Below are positions 53,839-64,000 of a stretch of DNA of 64,000 bases, piece after piece. Positions within the stretch are counted from its first letter, which is position 1. Each line of letters begins with the position of its first letter. The notes under the pieces are model-generated. The model saw only the letters and a program-made list of their open reading frames with translations. It did not search any database and was not told the DNA's origin. The DNA lies in assembly GCA_963693365.1 (NCBI GenBank), contig CAVNZM010000003.1:10074101-10138100 (forward strand), given 5' to 3'. The DNA comes from Amoebidium appalachense (Eukaryota; Protista; Ichthyosporea). The position numbers and the translations under genes are program-made.

Positions 53839-54030
53839 GGGGAACCCCAACTAATTGATTTCTCCTTGTAGTCTTTATGGTGTCTCGTAGAGAAAGTAAA
53901 CCCTGATATATAGTCACCACCCGACATCTATGTACGTGATCATGATATACCGCTGAGGGGATATTCCGAGCAAAACCCCCCCCATACCTGAGACTGGTTC
54001 TCTTTGCCTCGAGTAAACAGCGTAAACCCC
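51613..54030 (+). mobile_element. Non-LTR retrotransposon family A, copy A2 (uninterrupted, 5'-truncated relative to A1)
   Basis: Near-identical to A1. The 3' UTR has (CA)n, an internal A-rich run and a ~190-nt module ending CGTAAACCCC. No TSD seen. Confidence 0.93.
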
Positions 54031-54140
54031 TGTTCCACATGGCTCCTGTGCGTTTCAAAGTTCCCACGCGGACGCGAGGCAATGCAAAGTGCACGACACA
54101 ATCTGTCACGGTGGAAGCACAAAAACAGTCATTTGTGCGC

Positions 54141-54148
54141 TTTTTATA
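54141..54148 (-). promoter_or_regulatory. Putative TATA box of G3, displaced by the A2 insertion
   Basis: Same conserved island as 42637-42692. Confidence 0.55.
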
Positions 54149-54548
54149 GCAACGCCATGGTGCATGCGACATGTTTTCGCACAAATTTCCCTAGCATGCC
54201 GCAAACAGTTTGGCGACAAAGCATCCATGCAACGGTGAGGTTTTCATTGGCTGGATTGGGAGCCCATGATTGGCGCGATAATCAAAGTGCGTAGTCGTCT
54301 TGTAGGAATGCGAATATACATTCCAATCCCTGAGCCCTGCCGGGCCACGGCTGCAAACTTGTACGTGCCTGTAGTGCGTAGAAGCAACAAAATGGGCAGC
54401 TCGGGCAACATGCTACATCAGTTGCACATCTTCAGAGCGCCCTAACTATTATTTTGTTTTAATAAGTGACCATGGAGGCACCGTGCACGTCGTAGGCGCT
54501 TCAAAATCCAGAGGGACAAACACGAGCGTAGTGCGTGCTTCCGTGTGC

Positions 54549-54740
<192 letters not shown>

Positions 54741-55246
54741 ACGAGTTTGTGCCACAGTATGTGCACCAGTGCGCACGCGTACGTTGTATGGGTATTTAAG
54801 CTTGAATCATGACGGTGTACGTTTGGGGAAGAAGGGGGGGGGGGGGGGGGGGGGGGGGAGGGGGGAGGGAGGGAGCGGAAGAGACCATAAATGCATGCAA
54901 AACGTGTGGGCAGGAGCTTGCAATGCCGTAGTCAAACAATCATTTTCATTTTTGGCCAATAATAGCATCAGATTCTCACGAAGGAAGAACACTTCTTCTC
55001 GACTCAGCTCGCCGTGACTTAGCCTCAGGTATGTTACCGTTATGAGGTGTTTTGTGCCTTCTTCGTACAGTTAATAGGTATTGTGGTGTTTAACTTTGTG
55101 CATGTCATAGAGTGAAGGTTGAATATGTTGTTTTGTGAAAACGGCGACGGTATGTCTTTGTATTCGGCCAAAGGATTCTGTGTGTGGTGTGCGTGTACAT
55201 GTGTGTGTGTATGCATGGACACACAAGGATGGGAAAGAACATGTCA

Positions 55247-55282
<36 letters not shown>

Positions 55283-55284
55283 AC

Positions 55285-55379
<95 letters not shown>

Positions 55380-56041
55380 TGTGTGTGTGTGTGTTTGTTT
55401 CAGTGTGTGTGGGTGGGTGGGTGTGTGTGCGTGTGAGTGTGTGTCTATTTGTGTGTGTTTGTGCATGCGTGACTATATGTGTGTATGCAGATGTATGTGT
55501 GTGTGTGTGTGTGTGTGTGCTGGACAATGTATGTGGGCACGCTTGTGTGCACACATGTGCACGTGGTGTGTACTCATAACTGTGTCAACTGTTACACGTG
55601 CATCATGATATGTTGAAAATATGTTGTACTCCTTAACTTATGTGAGTTTAATGTGTCTGATAATATTATTTTAGAAATAAACATTAATGGTTTTCTGAGC
55701 CAATTGAATGTCACTATGACCACCAACGTCACAAGGGCACCAGACTAATAGAAGCATATCGAGAAGTATGATAGGAGTTTTCATTCATGCGAAATTGAGC
55801 AGAACACTTGATATCAAGCCGATAAATACTCTAAAATGTGCACATTAATAATGCACACTCATTATGATTACTGCTCCCACAAAACGAGCAATATTAATTA
55901 ACTAGCTTGAATGCTAGGCAAAAAACCTACAAATAGAAACAAACCGGCAAGAAAAGAAGCATTGCTAAAGAAACATAGACCCTCAAAACGAAAAAGATGA
56001 CATAGCCATCATTGATTGTATTGGCAACGGATTTCTTCAGT

Positions 56042-64000
<7,959 letters not shown>

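Noticed and set aside
51613-54030. LTR element, group II intron, retron or DGR interpretation of the RTs
   Set aside because: No LTRs, gag or integrase, no domain V hairpin, no template/variable repeat pair; variable TSDs and 5' truncation fit TPRT.

Overview
Eukaryotic, intron-rich DNA saturated with poly-C/G, poly-A/T, (CA)n and (GA)n tracts. The organism cannot be named from sequence alone; gene content suggests a non-animal, non-plant microbial eukaryote. Most ORFs in the supplied track are microsatellite noise. The real content falls into four groups. (1) A family of non-LTR retrotransposons whose copies end in ...GTAAAC(C)3-6, an oligo(C) tail instead of poly(A). There are two near-identical long copies of family A (12328-16961 minus, 51613-54030 plus), a divergent family B nested inside the first (14487-16591), two tiny 3'-end copies with target-site duplications (22333-22418; 24333-24393, whose empty site survives at 31165) and an old RT relic (651-909). 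(2) A tandem array of 10-exon, ~1020-aa receptors on the minus strand that fuse a bacterial-type sugar solute-binding domain to a class C (GABA-B-like) 7TM domain and a coiled coil: three copies plus a pseudogene fragment, with an apparent gene-conversion tract. One copy is separated from its putative TATA box by a retroelement. (3) A ~7-kb tandem segmental duplication carrying a triple-AP2-domain gene (one copy largely open, one pseudogenised). (4) A 24-bp hairpin minisatellite and unassigned exon-like relics in the first 12 kb. All alignments were done by eye, so coordinates may be off by a few bases.
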